Shown here: piece after piece, positions 19,093-28,734 of the stretch
Position numbering within the stretch: position 1 is the first letter of the stretch
How the letters are laid out: each line of letters opens with the position of its first letter
IMG/VR virus record: IMGVR_UViG_3300047311_000253
Span: 2,373-66,372 of that record
From: a virus
DNA: 64,000 nt
Direction: 5' to 3' (one strand)
The notes under the pieces: model-generated
What the model was told of the DNA's origin: nothing
The model's input: the letters and a program-made list of their open reading frames with translations, nothing else
The model's database searches: none
Translations under genes and position numbers: made by a program

Positions 19093-19433
19093 GTGCCTGC
19101 GGCATCCATGATGGAGATTTGCCAACCCTGGTTCCAGGGAATGCGGCTGGTCTGGGCCAGGATCGGACTGTTCGCCGAGGCCGTCACCGAACGGATAGGG
19201 GAGTTGATCTCGTAGCGGACGGCATCCCCGGTCGGAATCTCGATGAGCACGACGGTTGCCGTGTCAGGGTTGTTGACTGCCGACAGCACCGGAGATGCAG
19301 ATACCGTGAGGTTCTGCGCCCACTGGTAGGGCTGGGTCAGCATCAGGGCGTTGTCCAGGTTGACCTGATGCGGGTCAACGATGGTTGTTTGCACCATCCC
19401 CTTGTGGCCGAACAGACGGACGGAAAAGCTCAT
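19089..19433 (-). CDS. Hypothetical beta-rich protein
   Basis: In operon, coupled to the downstream gene. Confidence 0.6.
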   Translation of the reverse strand: MSFSVRLFGHKGMVQTTIVDPHQVNLDNALMLTQPYQWAQNLTVSASPVLSAVNNPDTATVVLIEIPTGDAVRYEINSPIRSVTASANSPILAQTSRIPWNQGWQISIMDAAGT

Positions 19434-19443
19434 AGATTACCCT

Positions 19444-21330
19444 TTATCTTCTGCCGCGGCGGCGAGCGCGGATCAGCCATTCGGATACGCCTGTAACCGG
19501 CGGCGGGCCCGGGGTGTAAATGGTAAAGCTCGGATACGGAGCCCCACCCCATCCCGGCGCGGCGATGTCATAGGAGAGCGCCGCCCCGAACGTCTGGAAC
19601 GGCAGATGGAACGGGTTGCCGGCGAGCTTAGCGATGTAGAGGCCGTATCCCTCGGTCGGCTTGCCCTGCCATCCCGGCGCGGCGATGTCGTATGACAGCG
19701 CTGCATTGAATGTCTGAAACGGCAGAAAGAATGGGTTGCGCGTCGGCGTGAGCAGCCGGGCGTTGCGCTCGATCGTCGCCTGCCAAAAAGTCTCCGCGGC
19801 ATCGAAGTCGTAGCGCCACAGCCGGTGCGCTGGATTTCCGGCGGCGCCGAGGATTTGCAGAATAGCGCTCGGATCGGGAGCCCCGACCCAGAACGCATCT
19901 TCCGAATAGTAGGCTTGCCGGCCGACGAATGGCTTGGCGAGAAACAGCGGCGTATTGCGCGGAACCGGCACGCCCTGCCATTGCGGCGGATCATCGAGGC
20001 CGAACCGCCACACGCGGGTCGGCGGCCGACCGGCGGCAACGAGGATTTGAATGATGCCGCTGGGATCAGGCGATCCAACCCAAAACGCATCTTCCGAATA
20101 GAACGGCGGCTGGCGGATGCCAAAGGGTTGCGCGGTGGGCGCCAGCAGCGGGGCGTTGCGCTCAATGAGCACCTGCCACTGAGTTTCGCCGGTGTCTAAA
20201 TCATACCTCCATACCTTTTGGATTGGCTGACCGGCAGTGGCCAATATCTGAATGATTGCGCTCGGATCGGGCGCCGCGTTCCAAAGAGATTCAGCAACAT
20301 TATGATCGTAGCGCCATAGCCTCGCAAATGGCAGCCGACCCAGGATTTGAATGATCCCGCTTGGGTCAGGTGCAGCGTTCCATTGGCTCTCGCCAGTATC
20401 GAAGTCGTCTCTCCACAGCTTCGCGAACGGCACACGCCCGAGGATTTGCATGATGCCGCTGGGATCGGGAGCACCGCTCCACAGCGTTTCGTCGGTTCGG
20501 TCAAATTTCCATAAATCAGGCGAAAATGGTGTCGGCGCAGCATTGAGCAAAGCGACATCGCGGACGAATGCTTGCAGCCATGGCTGCTCCACCGGAGGCC
20601 GGGGTGCCCATAGGGGCGCCATGATGACGCCGGTGATGCTCGCGGGCGGGGCGGCAGGATAAAGCGTGTCAATCGGCCCGACAGGCGTGCCCTGCCAGGC
20701 CGCATCCTCCGAATACAGGTCTGGGAACTGCGGAACGCGAGGGTTGACGGTGACGCTATAGAGATTGTCAATCGGCCCGACAGGCGTGCCCTGCCAGGCC
20801 GCGTCCTCCGAATACAGGTCTGGGAACTGCGGAACGCGAGGGTTGACGGTGACGCTATAGAGATTGTCAATCGGCCCGACAGGCGTGCCCTGCCAGGGGG
20901 GTGGGTCGTTCTGCGTGTAATGCAGCCGCCATAGGAACGGCGTGAACAACGGAAACGTGATCCTGGAGAGCTGCTGAATGACGCCCGAATTTAGCAACTC
21001 TGCCGGCATCTGCCACGGCGGCGGATCGTTCTCCGTGTAGTAAGGCAGCCACCGCTTGGTCGGGACTTGGCCGCCAACGCCATAAATCTTCTGCTTGGTG
21101 AGAAACGCGATGATCGGCGAGTCGGTGGGCGCCGCGTTCCACTGGGATTCCGCAACGTTGTAGGTGTAGTAAGGCAGCCACCGCTTGGTCGGGACTTGTC
21201 CGCCGACGCCATAAATCTTCTGCTTGGTGAGAAACGCGATGATCGGCGAGTCGGTGGGCGCCGCATTCCACGAGTCATCCGCAGACTGCCGAGGAACCCA
21301 GAAGGGAGGCCGAAGGACGACAGCCATCAA
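19444..21330 (-). CDS. Trp/Pro-rich repeat protein
   Basis: Roughly 15 degenerate 30-45 aa units (W.g.P.p..i...l), C-terminal RARRRGRR. Confidence 0.7.
   Translation of the reverse strand: MMAVVLRPPFWVPRQSADDSWNAAPTDSPIIAFLTKQKIYGVGGQVPTKRWLPYYTYNVAESQWNAAPTDSPIIAFLTKQKIYGVGGQVPTKRWLPYYTENDPPPWQMPAELLNSGVIQQLSRITFPLFTPFLWRLHYTQNDPPPWQGTPVGPIDNLYSVTVNPRVPQFPDLYSEDAAWQGTPVGPIDNLYSVTVNPRVPQFPDLYSEDAAWQGTPVGPIDTLYPAAPPASITGVIMAPLWAPRPPVEQPWLQAFVRDVALLNAAPTPFSPDLWKFDRTDETLWSGAPDPSGIMQILGRVPFAKLWRDDFDTGESQWNAAPDPSGIIQILGRLPFARLWRYDHNVAESLWNAAPDPSAIIQILATAGQPIQKVWRYDLDTGETQWQVLIERNAPLLAPTAQPFGIRQPPFYSEDAFWVGSPDPSGIIQILVAAGRPPTRVWRFGLDDPPQWQGVPVPRNTPLFLAKPFVGRQAYYSEDAFWVGAPDPSAILQILGAAGNPAHRLWRYDFDAAETFWQATIERNARLLTPTRNPFFLPFQTFNAALSYDIAAPGWQGKPTEGYGLYIAKLAGNPFHLPFQTFGAALSYDIAAPGWGGAPYPSFTIYTPGPPPVTGVSEWLIRARRRGRR
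20667..20897. repeat. Near-perfect 99-bp tandem repeat (2.3 copies)
   Basis: tgtcaatcggcccgacaggcgtgccctgccagg at 20667, 20766 and 20865. Confidence 0.9.
21035..21271. repeat. 108-bp direct repeat with 129-bp period
   Basis: 21035-21142 vs 21164-21271, encoding WNAAPTDSPIIAFLTKQKIYGVGGQVPTKRWLPYYT. Confidence 0.9.
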
Positions 21331-21334
21331 AGCC

Positions 21335-22351
21335 TCACATCATGAGCAGACGCATCTCGATGCCGAAGGTGTCACCACCAGCAGGCGTATAGATGAGGAC
21401 GGCAATGCCTTGACCGCCTGCACCCGCTGCAGCCGCAGTGTTGCCGCTGCCACCGCCACCGCCACCGCCTCCATAGAGGCCTCCAGTTCCTCCTACTCCA
21501 GCTGTAGCAGCACCGCCGTCTTTACCGCCACCGCCGCCACCTCCACCCACACCATGTGTAGAATCCCAATCTTGCCCCGGACCACCATTTCCACCCTTAC
21601 CACCGTTTCCGGAAGTAGCTGCGCCTCCTCCTCCGCCACCGGCACCTAATGTGCCGTCACCCCCTGCACCTCCTGGACTTGCATTCGCTCCTCCAGTTCC
21701 CACCGTACCCGTAGCTGCAGCATTATTACCGCCATTTGTTCCGGTATCATTTGTAGTGTTTACGCCAGCAGCACCTACTGTTCCACTACCACCACCACCT
21801 GAACCTCCGCCACCGGCACCTGAATTGTTACTTGAAACACCACCCTTACCACCGTTACCTTGCGCACCACCTGCTCCACCACCGCCTGATCCTCCCCATG
21901 AGGAATTAGATGAGAGACCTCCATCACCCCCAGATGAGGTCTTTGTCGCCCCGAGACTACTAGCAGAAGCACCACCAACACCAGCGGTGGCCGTAGTGGA
22001 ATTAGCCCCGGTACCTCCTTTTGCCAGGATACCCTGTGCTGTGGTCGTTGGTGCAGAATTGGTGCCATCGAACCTAAACCAGGTATCGCCGCCGGCACCG
22101 CCGTTTCCATCAGGCGCTGTACCAGCCGTTCCTGCTATACCGACAGAAAAGAAAAATGTTGATCCGGTCGCATTGACATTAGTACTGCTGGCATAGGCAC
22201 CACCACCACCACCAGAAGCTTGGTTGGTGCCTGTAGTACCGCCGGCACCACCACCACCACCGCCGCTGACTACGCAAGTATTTGTTGCCGACCAATCACC
22301 AGGTTTTGCTTGTGAACTGGCGCCGGTAGCGACTACATAGATCGTAGTCAT
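21335..22351 (-). CDS. Glycine-rich fibre/adhesin domain protein
   Basis: GGGGGGAGG...GGGGGAY and G.GG.G..V motifs typical of phage Gly-rich domains. Confidence 0.7.
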   Translation of the reverse strand: MTTIYVVATGASSQAKPGDWSATNTCVVSGGGGGGAGGTTGTNQASGGGGGAYASSTNVNATGSTFFFSVGIAGTAGTAPDGNGGAGGDTWFRFDGTNSAPTTTAQGILAKGGTGANSTTATAGVGGASASSLGATKTSSGGDGGLSSNSSWGGSGGGGAGGAQGNGGKGGVSSNNSGAGGGGSGGGGSGTVGAAGVNTTNDTGTNGGNNAAATGTVGTGGANASPGGAGGDGTLGAGGGGGGAATSGNGGKGGNGGPGQDWDSTHGVGGGGGGGGKDGGAATAGVGGTGGLYGGGGGGGGSGNTAAAAGAGGQGIAVLIYTPAGGDTFGIEMRLLMM

Positions 22352-22578
22352 GACGCGTTGCCGTTAACATAGTCTTGCAACTTATGCAGTAGCGGTAGGC
22401 TAGCGTCTCCTCCCGCCAAAATTTGGTAAAGGGTCAGTGAACACCTAATAAGCCGCTCGCCGTTGTTCTGCGGCTTAAATGCAGCATCGTTTAGTTGGTA
22501 GTCGTGATCCAGCAGATACCAGCGCAAGATTTTCTTGCTGGTATGGTCGTAGATGATCGGAACGACACCAACTGCCAC
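22348..22578 (-). CDS. Hypothetical protein
   Basis: Coupled to both neighbours. Confidence 0.55.
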   Translation of the reverse strand: MAVGVVPIIYDHTSKKILRWYLLDHDYQLNDAAFKPQNNGERLIRCSLTLYQILAGGDASLPLLHKLQDYVNGNAS

Positions 22579-22579
22579 A

Positions 22580-22939
22580 TCAGAACCCCGGCGTCCGGAA
22601 GAAGGAATTAAAGTTGGATGCGATCGCCGTATCGATGTGCCCGTCAGTGACGAGCGCGGCCTGCGTGGCCGCGTTACCGCCCGTCAACACTACCGTCCCG
22701 GAAGCTGTCGCATCACCAATTACGCTCGCGTTCGTCGCGATCGACTGGGAAATGATGACCTTGTAATTGTCCGGGTTGTTTATTACTCCGACCAAAAACG
22801 CCTCGCGTTCCCGATGGAACGCGGTCGTCACAGCCTCATTCTTGATCGAAGTGCAGGCCGTGATTAGAGACTGTCGAACTCGGTTCTGGAACGCCGTGTC
22901 CGCCGCCAGGAACTGCTGGTCGCTGTAGGAAGCTGCCAT
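22580..22939 (-). CDS. Hypothetical protein
   Basis: GAGGA RBS, in operon. Confidence 0.65.
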   Translation of the reverse strand: MAASYSDQQFLAADTAFQNRVRQSLITACTSIKNEAVTTAFHREREAFLVGVINNPDNYKVIISQSIATNASVIGDATASGTVVLTGGNAATQAALVTDGHIDTAIASNFNSFFRTPGF

Positions 22940-22967
22940 TATTTATGTCCTCTGCGTGGACGAGCCA

Positions 22968-23339
22968 TTATGCGGCACCCCGCAACACCAGGTTAGGAGG
23001 CCCGGAATTGGACACTCCAGGCGTCTCCACTTGATCGTTCCGCAGCGCTGAATAGGCAGCCTTTTCAAAGCAACCATTGCAGACGAAGTGAACACGCCGC
23101 ACCGCCGGACCGGTCACCTTGAGGGCGACATGCAACTTTTCCAAGTCGGCATAACCCCGCGGCTTGTATTCGAAGAACTCGCAACACCATTCGCAGACGC
23201 GGGGGCCAGGCTCGTTGGGATCGAGATCGGCCTGCGCGTCGAGGCGGACGAGCTTGAATGCGACCTCGGGAACGACCGGCGCCGCATCCGGCGGAACGAC
23301 TTGTATCTGATTGGAACGGCCAACGGGAATGTCGGTCAT
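22968..23339 (-). CDS. Hypothetical Zn-finger protein
   Basis: Start MTDIPVG overlaps the upstream stop; CEWC...CNGC. Confidence 0.55.
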   Translation of the reverse strand: MTDIPVGRSNQIQVVPPDAAPVVPEVAFKLVRLDAQADLDPNEPGPRVCEWCCEFFEYKPRGYADLEKLHVALKVTGPAVRRVHFVCNGCFEKAAYSALRNDQVETPGVSNSGPPNLVLRGAA

Positions 23340-23845
23340 AGCGACTCGTAGATCATATGTGCCCCAATCGCCCCAGTTGTGCCTCCGGTAAAAGCCGACA
23401 TGGACACTTCGCCAAACGAGGCCGTATTGCCAAGCGTGCTGAAACACTCCTCCAAGCGATTGGCGCGCCAAAAATAAACACCACCAAACGCATTCAGTGA
23501 TGCGTTAGCCAAGTGCAATGAGGAGGAGCGCTGCGGCTTGGTCGTGTTGGTGTTTCCAACCAAAGGAACCGCAGCCAAAGTTGCGGTTGCCGGATCGAGT
23601 GATGCGTCGGTCTGCCCGGAACCGAGCGAGTTCGTGACGGCGATCGTCGAATCCCGCGACAACAGCATAAACGTCGGCGATGAGGTAGACGCTGCCTGCC
23701 CGGAGATCGAGATTTCCCAGACTTTGTTGACCTGGGTGGTCGTGCCTCCCTGGAGAAGAAAAGGATAGGTGGCATCGACCAAGTTGGTCGTGTCTGCGGT
23801 GGCGGTAGGCGTGATCGTGGTGATTGATGTGATTCTGCGTGCCAT
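23336..23845 (-). CDS. Hypothetical beta-rich (putative virion) protein
   Basis: Thr/Ser/Ala-rich, GGAG RBS. Confidence 0.65.
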   Translation of the reverse strand: MARRITSITTITPTATADTTNLVDATYPFLLQGGTTTQVNKVWEISISGQAASTSSPTFMLLSRDSTIAVTNSLGSGQTDASLDPATATLAAVPLVGNTNTTKPQRSSSLHLANASLNAFGGVYFWRANRLEECFSTLGNTASFGEVSMSAFTGGTTGAIGAHMIYESL

Positions 23846-23923
23846 AGGTAGGCTCCATTCAGGAGGATGGGCGCGCCGTCACGGCGGGCCGAGAGCCTTG
23901 CCCAAGGGCCTTTAGGGCGACGA

Positions 23924-24985
23924 TCAGGCCGCTGCTGGCACGATCGAACCGATATGCTGATGCCACGCAGACACGATGTTCTCGTATGTGTCGGGCGCCC
24001 AGATCACCCGTTGATTGGGGGCTGACCATGGATATTGATCGCCGGGGGAAAGGCCGATCTTGTCCCGCCAGAATTCCGGCGCCCCGTCTGCATCCCGCAC
24101 GAATTGTAGCCAAGGGCGCGAGCCGAAGACACAGAGGACGCCGGGGCCGTTGCTGACGAACAGATTGGCGGCAGCGTGCTCGTAAACTGCCATGCGAGCA
24201 ATGATTTCACGCGAGGCAAACGGATTGGTGTCAAACCCCGATAAGCGCTCGTCCGCCTTAGCGAAGTCGCGAATGAAGATAACACGATCGCCTCGCCGCT
24301 GGAGATATTTTGCAAACGACACCCAGGCGCCCAACTTGCTATTACGCTCGGGAACGTGCTCGGCTTCCCGCAAAGTTATCGTGATGTACCGCGTATCGTT
24401 TGTCGTGGTGATGCGTGATCGCAATCGCGGAATCTCGATACCCTGCCTCGCAGCCTCGACCAAGGGCCGCGTCACATAGGTTTGAGGGCAATGTCCCTGC
24501 AATGCCCGTTTGTCCTCGACTGCGCAAATCAGTGCCAGCGCGGGCCGGAACATATTATCTATCCATTGGTCGCGGCCTCTCGCACTCAGCCGCGCATCGC
24601 CGTCATTGCCAACATCGCGACCCGTCCAAAAGGCGACCTTAAGCGGAGCGGGCGCATTGGCTAGCCTGCGTTGCAACTCTGCGTTAATCAGCCAGACGAC
24701 GAAATCAAACCCAATCGGGGCGCGCCCCAGATCATAAACCACATGGCTTGCGTCGAGAGATTCATCCCGCGGCGGCAACGCCCATCCGGAAATCGACCGC
24801 TCGATCTTGCCGGTGAGGATTTCGATGGCATCCTTGGTGGCCGGTTCAAGCCGGAGATCACCGGCATAGTCGAGCGCGGCGATGTTGGGATATCCCGTCA
24901 TGGCGATGGCGACGCTATCGAAGTGGCCTTCCCTCGCGGCCTCCAAATAGGCTTCGAGAAGTTCGATGACGATGGGATTACTCAT
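23924..24985 (-). CDS. Putative GT-B fold glycosyltransferase-like protein
   Basis: YITITLRE...RNS...W, R.A.YE.A..NLFVSNGP..L resembles GT9-like C-terminal domains. Confidence 0.45.
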   Translation of the reverse strand: MSNPIVIELLEAYLEAAREGHFDSVAIAMTGYPNIAALDYAGDLRLEPATKDAIEILTGKIERSISGWALPPRDESLDASHVVYDLGRAPIGFDFVVWLINAELQRRLANAPAPLKVAFWTGRDVGNDGDARLSARGRDQWIDNMFRPALALICAVEDKRALQGHCPQTYVTRPLVEAARQGIEIPRLRSRITTTNDTRYITITLREAEHVPERNSKLGAWVSFAKYLQRRGDRVIFIRDFAKADERLSGFDTNPFASREIIARMAVYEHAAANLFVSNGPGVLCVFGSRPWLQFVRDADGAPEFWRDKIGLSPGDQYPWSAPNQRVIWAPDTYENIVSAWHQHIGSIVPAAA

Positions 24986-24991
24986 GCAGAT

Positions 24992-25357
24992 TTAAGCCCC
25001 ATCCGTTGAATCTCCGCTCGACATGCCGACAATCTTCCCCTTGATCGCCTGATCTATAAATTCGTCAATGATCTGCTTGAACGGCTTGTGAACCCCGGTG
25101 ATCTTGAACGCGAGAGAGCAGCCGTCGCACATATACGCATCGCATTTCGCACACCATGTCCGTTGCCGCGTCCGCTCGGGACGCACGATCACCATGGCCT
25201 CGCACCCACAGCACTTATAGGTGCAAAACTGGAACCGCTTGCTACCCACCGGCATGGTCTTGCCGAAGCGGCTGGCCCGCGCTTGCTCTGGCGTGAACCC
25301 CGGACTTTCCCGGTGGTCTATCTCCAGATAACTTTCGAGATCAAGCTTGGAGAACAT
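24992..25357 (-). CDS. Zn-finger hypothetical protein
   Basis: CCGC, CAKC, CDGC. Confidence 0.6.
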   Translation of the reverse strand: MFSKLDLESYLEIDHRESPGFTPEQARASRFGKTMPVGSKRFQFCTYKCCGCEAMVIVRPERTRQRTWCAKCDAYMCDGCSLAFKITGVHKPFKQIIDEFIDQAIKGKIVGMSSGDSTDGA

Positions 25358-25370
25358 CAGCGCAGCACCC

Positions 25371-26099
25371 TCACATGAACATCAATTGCTGGGTGTTGGC
25401 GAACGGCAGGATGATGGTGGCGTCGAACGGCACCGTCAGTGGCCTGCGTGGCGTGAACATCATCATCGGGGCACCGGCTGCCTTCCCTGTACCAGTCACC
25501 GTACCATTATTGGCATTGCCTGAAAAATCAGGTTCCGGAGATTCGATGCCATCCAGTGGCCAATATCCGGCGAGTGCCGTTTGCCTGACCTGACTCGGAA
25601 GCGTACCATTCGACAGCGCCATGATTTCGGTCGGCGTCAGGACGACGTTCCACTCTGCAACCTGGGCGATGCGGCCACTAAACGAATTTCCGCCGGCATC
25701 TCCACCGCCAAACCTAAGTGTTAGTCCTGCCGTGGCAAGCAAGCCATTGGCAGCGTGCGTTCCGTCTACAGCTCCATTGACGTAACCCGTCAGACCATTT
25801 ACGGAATCATAAGTTAAGGCGAGATGATACCAATTACCCAAGCTAATCGGCGTTGTGCCAGGGTCATAAAAAATAGCGGTAGTCCCATTATGGCAGTAGA
25901 CCGCCGTGGCCCCTGCATTAAGAAAAAATGCAAATTTCCGGATTCCGCCTCCGGTTCCGTTGGAAGCAACGGTAGCATACGATATCGACGCAGTGGGCAT
26001 CGCCCAGCATGATATCGTCACTGCCGTCTCGGATGTGATGACCGAAGCGGAGCCGCAATTTACTAGATCATTATTGGCCGATATAAAGCTGCGCGCCAT
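25371..26099 (-). CDS. LamG/ConA-like jellyroll domain protein
   Basis: TISCW, WYHLALTYD, YVNG, FSGRIA.V..WN..LT..EI, YWPLD. Confidence 0.85.
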   Translation of the reverse strand: MARSFISANNDLVNCGSASVITSETAVTISCWAMPTASISYATVASNGTGGGIRKFAFFLNAGATAVYCHNGTTAIFYDPGTTPISLGNWYHLALTYDSVNGLTGYVNGAVDGTHAANGLLATAGLTLRFGGGDAGGNSFSGRIAQVAEWNVVLTPTEIMALSNGTLPSQVRQTALAGYWPLDGIESPEPDFSGNANNGTVTGTGKAAGAPMMMFTPRRPLTVPFDATIILPFANTQQLMFM

Positions 26100-26107
26100 T
26101 TCATGAA

Positions 26108-26593
26108 TTACTCCCAGACTATACTGAATTGCCAAACGCTTGTTGCAGCAAGCGTCCAGCCCGACGTATTGAACGTCGCCAGCACCGTCAGAATATCATT
26201 GGCGCTTGGAGATGACGTTAAAGTGATCTTGTTCTCAACGAGGATATCCGCCGTTGCCCAGGTTTGGGACAACTGGGTTTCCGAATTGAGTGTCGAAGTT
26301 CCGAGGCTGCTGCCCGCCGCGACGTTCTTATCCCCGACCGTCAGCTTGGCGACCCCAGAGGTCGCATTCGCCATAGCGAGACACCGCAACTTGAGTGTTC
26401 CCGATGGAATGCTCTCCGGCATATTGAACTGCAACACAGCCGATGCGTCGGCCGCAAGAGACGCAATGACACCAATGCCCTCGATGGCACCGGCGTTGTT
26501 CGTATTCGTCGCCGGAACGTAGAATGTGGGCGATAAATTCCCAGCAGCTCCACCCAGATAAACAGATGATGGGAGGATCGGTCCGCCGGCCAT
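26108..26593 (-). CDS. Hypothetical beta-rich protein
   Basis: In operon with the LamG gene. Confidence 0.65.
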   Translation of the reverse strand: MAGGPILPSSVYLGGAAGNLSPTFYVPATNTNNAGAIEGIGVIASLAADASAVLQFNMPESIPSGTLKLRCLAMANATSGVAKLTVGDKNVAAGSSLGTSTLNSETQLSQTWATADILVENKITLTSSPSANDILTVLATFNTSGWTLAATSVWQFSIVWE

Positions 26594-26596
26594 TGA

Positions 26597-27139
26597 TTAC
26601 CTTCCCAACCGCGCGAGGACTTCATCGATCGCCGCTTTGACCTTTTGGTGTTCCCCTTCTTTGTCGGCGATTGACCTTGCTAAGACTGCATGATCATCGG
26701 TCACGGACTTTATCTTGGATATCCAGTCGGCATGCTCGGCCTGCAAAGCGGCGAGTTTTTCCCGAGCGACAGAAAGGGCTTTTTCAGCATTAGATTTGTT
26801 GGCGTCTATTAACGTCTGGGCCTCATCACGGAGGGACTTAGCGTCTTGTTTTGCCTCATCCAACACTTTGTTTGCATCGCGCTTGATGGAATCGGCAAGA
26901 GTCCGCGCGTCCAGGATGATCCTGTCCGAGGTAGCTCGCGCGGCCCCCTCCACACGCCGGGCATCCTCCTCGCCCTTTGTGGCCTCCGACTTGATTTGAT
27001 CGAGCCGAATGCGAGCTTCATCCTGCGCTCCCTTGAGCGAGGAAATCTTTTGTAATTCCGGCGCAATATCGATGATCCCGCGGAACATCACCGCAAGGCG
27101 CTGCAGGTTTTCGAAGGCCACTTGCTCGGGATTGCTCAT
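26597..27139 (-). CDS. Coiled-coil protein
   Basis: Start MSNPEQ (ATGA overlap); A/E/K heptads. Confidence 0.65.
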   Translation of the reverse strand: MSNPEQVAFENLQRLAVMFRGIIDIAPELQKISSLKGAQDEARIRLDQIKSEATKGEEDARRVEGAARATSDRIILDARTLADSIKRDANKVLDEAKQDAKSLRDEAQTLIDANKSNAEKALSVAREKLAALQAEHADWISKIKSVTDDHAVLARSIADKEGEHQKVKAAIDEVLARLGR

Positions 27140-27494
27140 CTGCCTTGTGTCTTTCGAAAAAACATGGTGACGGTCTCGACGCGCGGTTCGCGGCGCAGCT
27201 CGTCGAGGCGCGCGGTTCGGAGCAGCGTGGCTTGAGCGGCCATCATTCGTCGCCGATCCTCTCGTTGTATCGTCCATGAAGGCAAACGGAATTCTCCGGC
27301 TGTGGATAGAGAATATCGTTCTCGTAAACTCCCCCTTTAACCGGAATATACCACCCCGTATCTGTGTCATGGATCAGAACGTCGGCGTGTTGTGGCTGAG
27401 TCTGCAGCCATTCGATTAATTGGGAAACAGTCATGGCCACTTGCTCGGAATTGCTCATCTACCTTGTGTCTTTCGAAAGAACATGGTGACGGTC
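27116..27494. repeat. 60-bp direct repeat (27116-27175 / 27435-27494) of a gene junction
   Basis: 57/60 identical; contains TVTMFFRKTQGR* plus MSN.EQVA. Confidence 0.9.
27243..27458 (-). CDS. Inserted hypothetical protein using a duplicated start region
   Basis: MSNSEQVA copy fused to MTVSQLIEWLQ..P..A.V. Confidence 0.55.
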   Translation of the reverse strand: MSNSEQVAMTVSQLIEWLQTQPQHADVLIHDTDTGWYIPVKGGVYENDILYPQPENSVCLHGRYNERIGDE

Positions 27495-27868
27495 AATGCG
27501 GTCGAGCCATCGCCCCCGGTGACATGTGGACGCACCCAGATCACGGCTTCTGTCAATGCCTTGATGCCGGGCGATGTCATGGCAACAGTCACACCCTGGG
27601 GATCAGTCAATGGCCGGTAGTGCGTGGGATCACCGTCATTGGTGCCCTCCAGCGCGACCGAGCCGCCACCGCCGAATGTGCCCTCGACCTGGATGCTTTT
27701 GTCCGCGAAACCGGCGAAGAAACCGCCGCCGCCGACATTCGCGCCATTGACGGTATTGCCTACCCCAATCCCCACGTCGCCATTGGCCATCGGCCCCCAG
27801 GTGACCTGGAAGCCGTCGGCATCGCCTTGGCCGATGACGGGGTAGATGACCGGCGTGATGTTGGGCAT
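27455..27868 (-). CDS. Hypothetical beta-sandwich protein
   Basis: SIQVEGTFGGG.V.LEG.ND pattern of phage structural proteins. Confidence 0.65.
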   Translation of the reverse strand: MPNITPVIYPVIGQGDADGFQVTWGPMANGDVGIGVGNTVNGANVGGGGFFAGFADKSIQVEGTFGGGGSVALEGTNDGDPTHYRPLTDPQGVTVAMTSPGIKALTEAVIWVRPHVTGGDGSTALTVTMFFRKTQGR

Positions 27869-27872
27869 CGGA

Positions 27873-28298
27873 TCAATTCCCCAATGAATAGTAGACAGTG
27901 ATGCTCGCCGTGGCCGATGCAGACGCGCAAAGGCTCTGACCTGTCAAAGTGATCCCGGCTGGCGGCACGACGAAGCCTCGAAATGCCGGAGAACTGTCGA
28001 TCACGGTCGTCGTGGAGGCGAGTTGCAGCGCGCTCCCAAACGCAACGTTTGTAGTGCCGCAGTTGGCCCCGGTGCCATACGACCATGTGATGACGCTTGC
28101 GCCCACCGCGGTCGCCATGAACCCGCAGATGCGGATTTTAGCGTTTCCTGCCGCGGGGCCGGTGATAACTGTTGTGAGGGTTGAAGTTGCCAGCGCCGCA
28201 GTCGCCGCGAGGTCGCAGGGCTGGCCGCCGGCTTGGGCCCCGGCGCGAACCGGGAGCAGCGCGAGGGCAAACAGCAGCAGAGCAGGCCAGCGCTTCAT
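27873..28298 (-). CDS. Exported protein with Sec signal peptide
   Basis: MKRW + hydrophobic core + AGA|Q cleavage site. Confidence 0.65.
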   Translation of the reverse strand: MKRWPALLLFALALLPVRAGAQAGGQPCDLAATAALATSTLTTVITGPAAGNAKIRICGFMATAVGASVITWSYGTGANCGTTNVAFGSALQLASTTTVIDSSPAFRGFVVPPAGITLTGQSLCASASATASITVYYSLGN

Positions 28299-28449
28299 GT
28301 GGTCTTCCCTTCGATCAATTCCGTCTCTCGCACTTTGCGTTCGCGCTCTTTATCCACGTCCACGCGCGCCTTGATTCGGCCGATCGCGAGCGCGTTGCTT
28401 GTTTCGATGTTAGCTTTTGTCTGGAGACTATAGAGCACAGGCAGCTTGT

Positions 28450-28734
28450 TCAGCGCGCCGCTCTCCCTTCGATCAGTTCCCTCGCCATCGCCCGCGCATG
28501 GGGCGCGAGCGGCGCACCAGCCGCCACGGTATCGCAGACATCGAACGGCGCACCGTCCGCAGCCCAACGCCCAATGAAGCGGAGCACCTGACAATCCGGG
28601 GCGTCGGTATGGTCATAGTTCATGCGGGCATCGAGACAGACCAGCAGGCCATTCGATGCAGCCTGGAAGGCATCGCGGATCGCGGCAATGCCGCCCGTGG
28701 TTTCCTTGCCGTCTTTTTCGATCACGACGGCCAT
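28450..28734 (-). CDS. Hypothetical protein
   Basis: TAATG-coupled start. Confidence 0.5.
   Translation of the reverse strand: MAVVIEKDGKETTGGIAAIRDAFQAASNGLLVCLDARMNYDHTDAPDCQVLRFIGRWAADGAPFDVCDTVAAGAPLAPHARAMARELIEGRAAR

Noticed and set aside
19549-21271. Repeats as a CRISPR array or DGR template/variable pair
   Set aside because: Periods are multiples of 3 inside one ORF, there are no unique spacers or adenine-specific mismatches, and no cas or reverse transcriptase gene was seen
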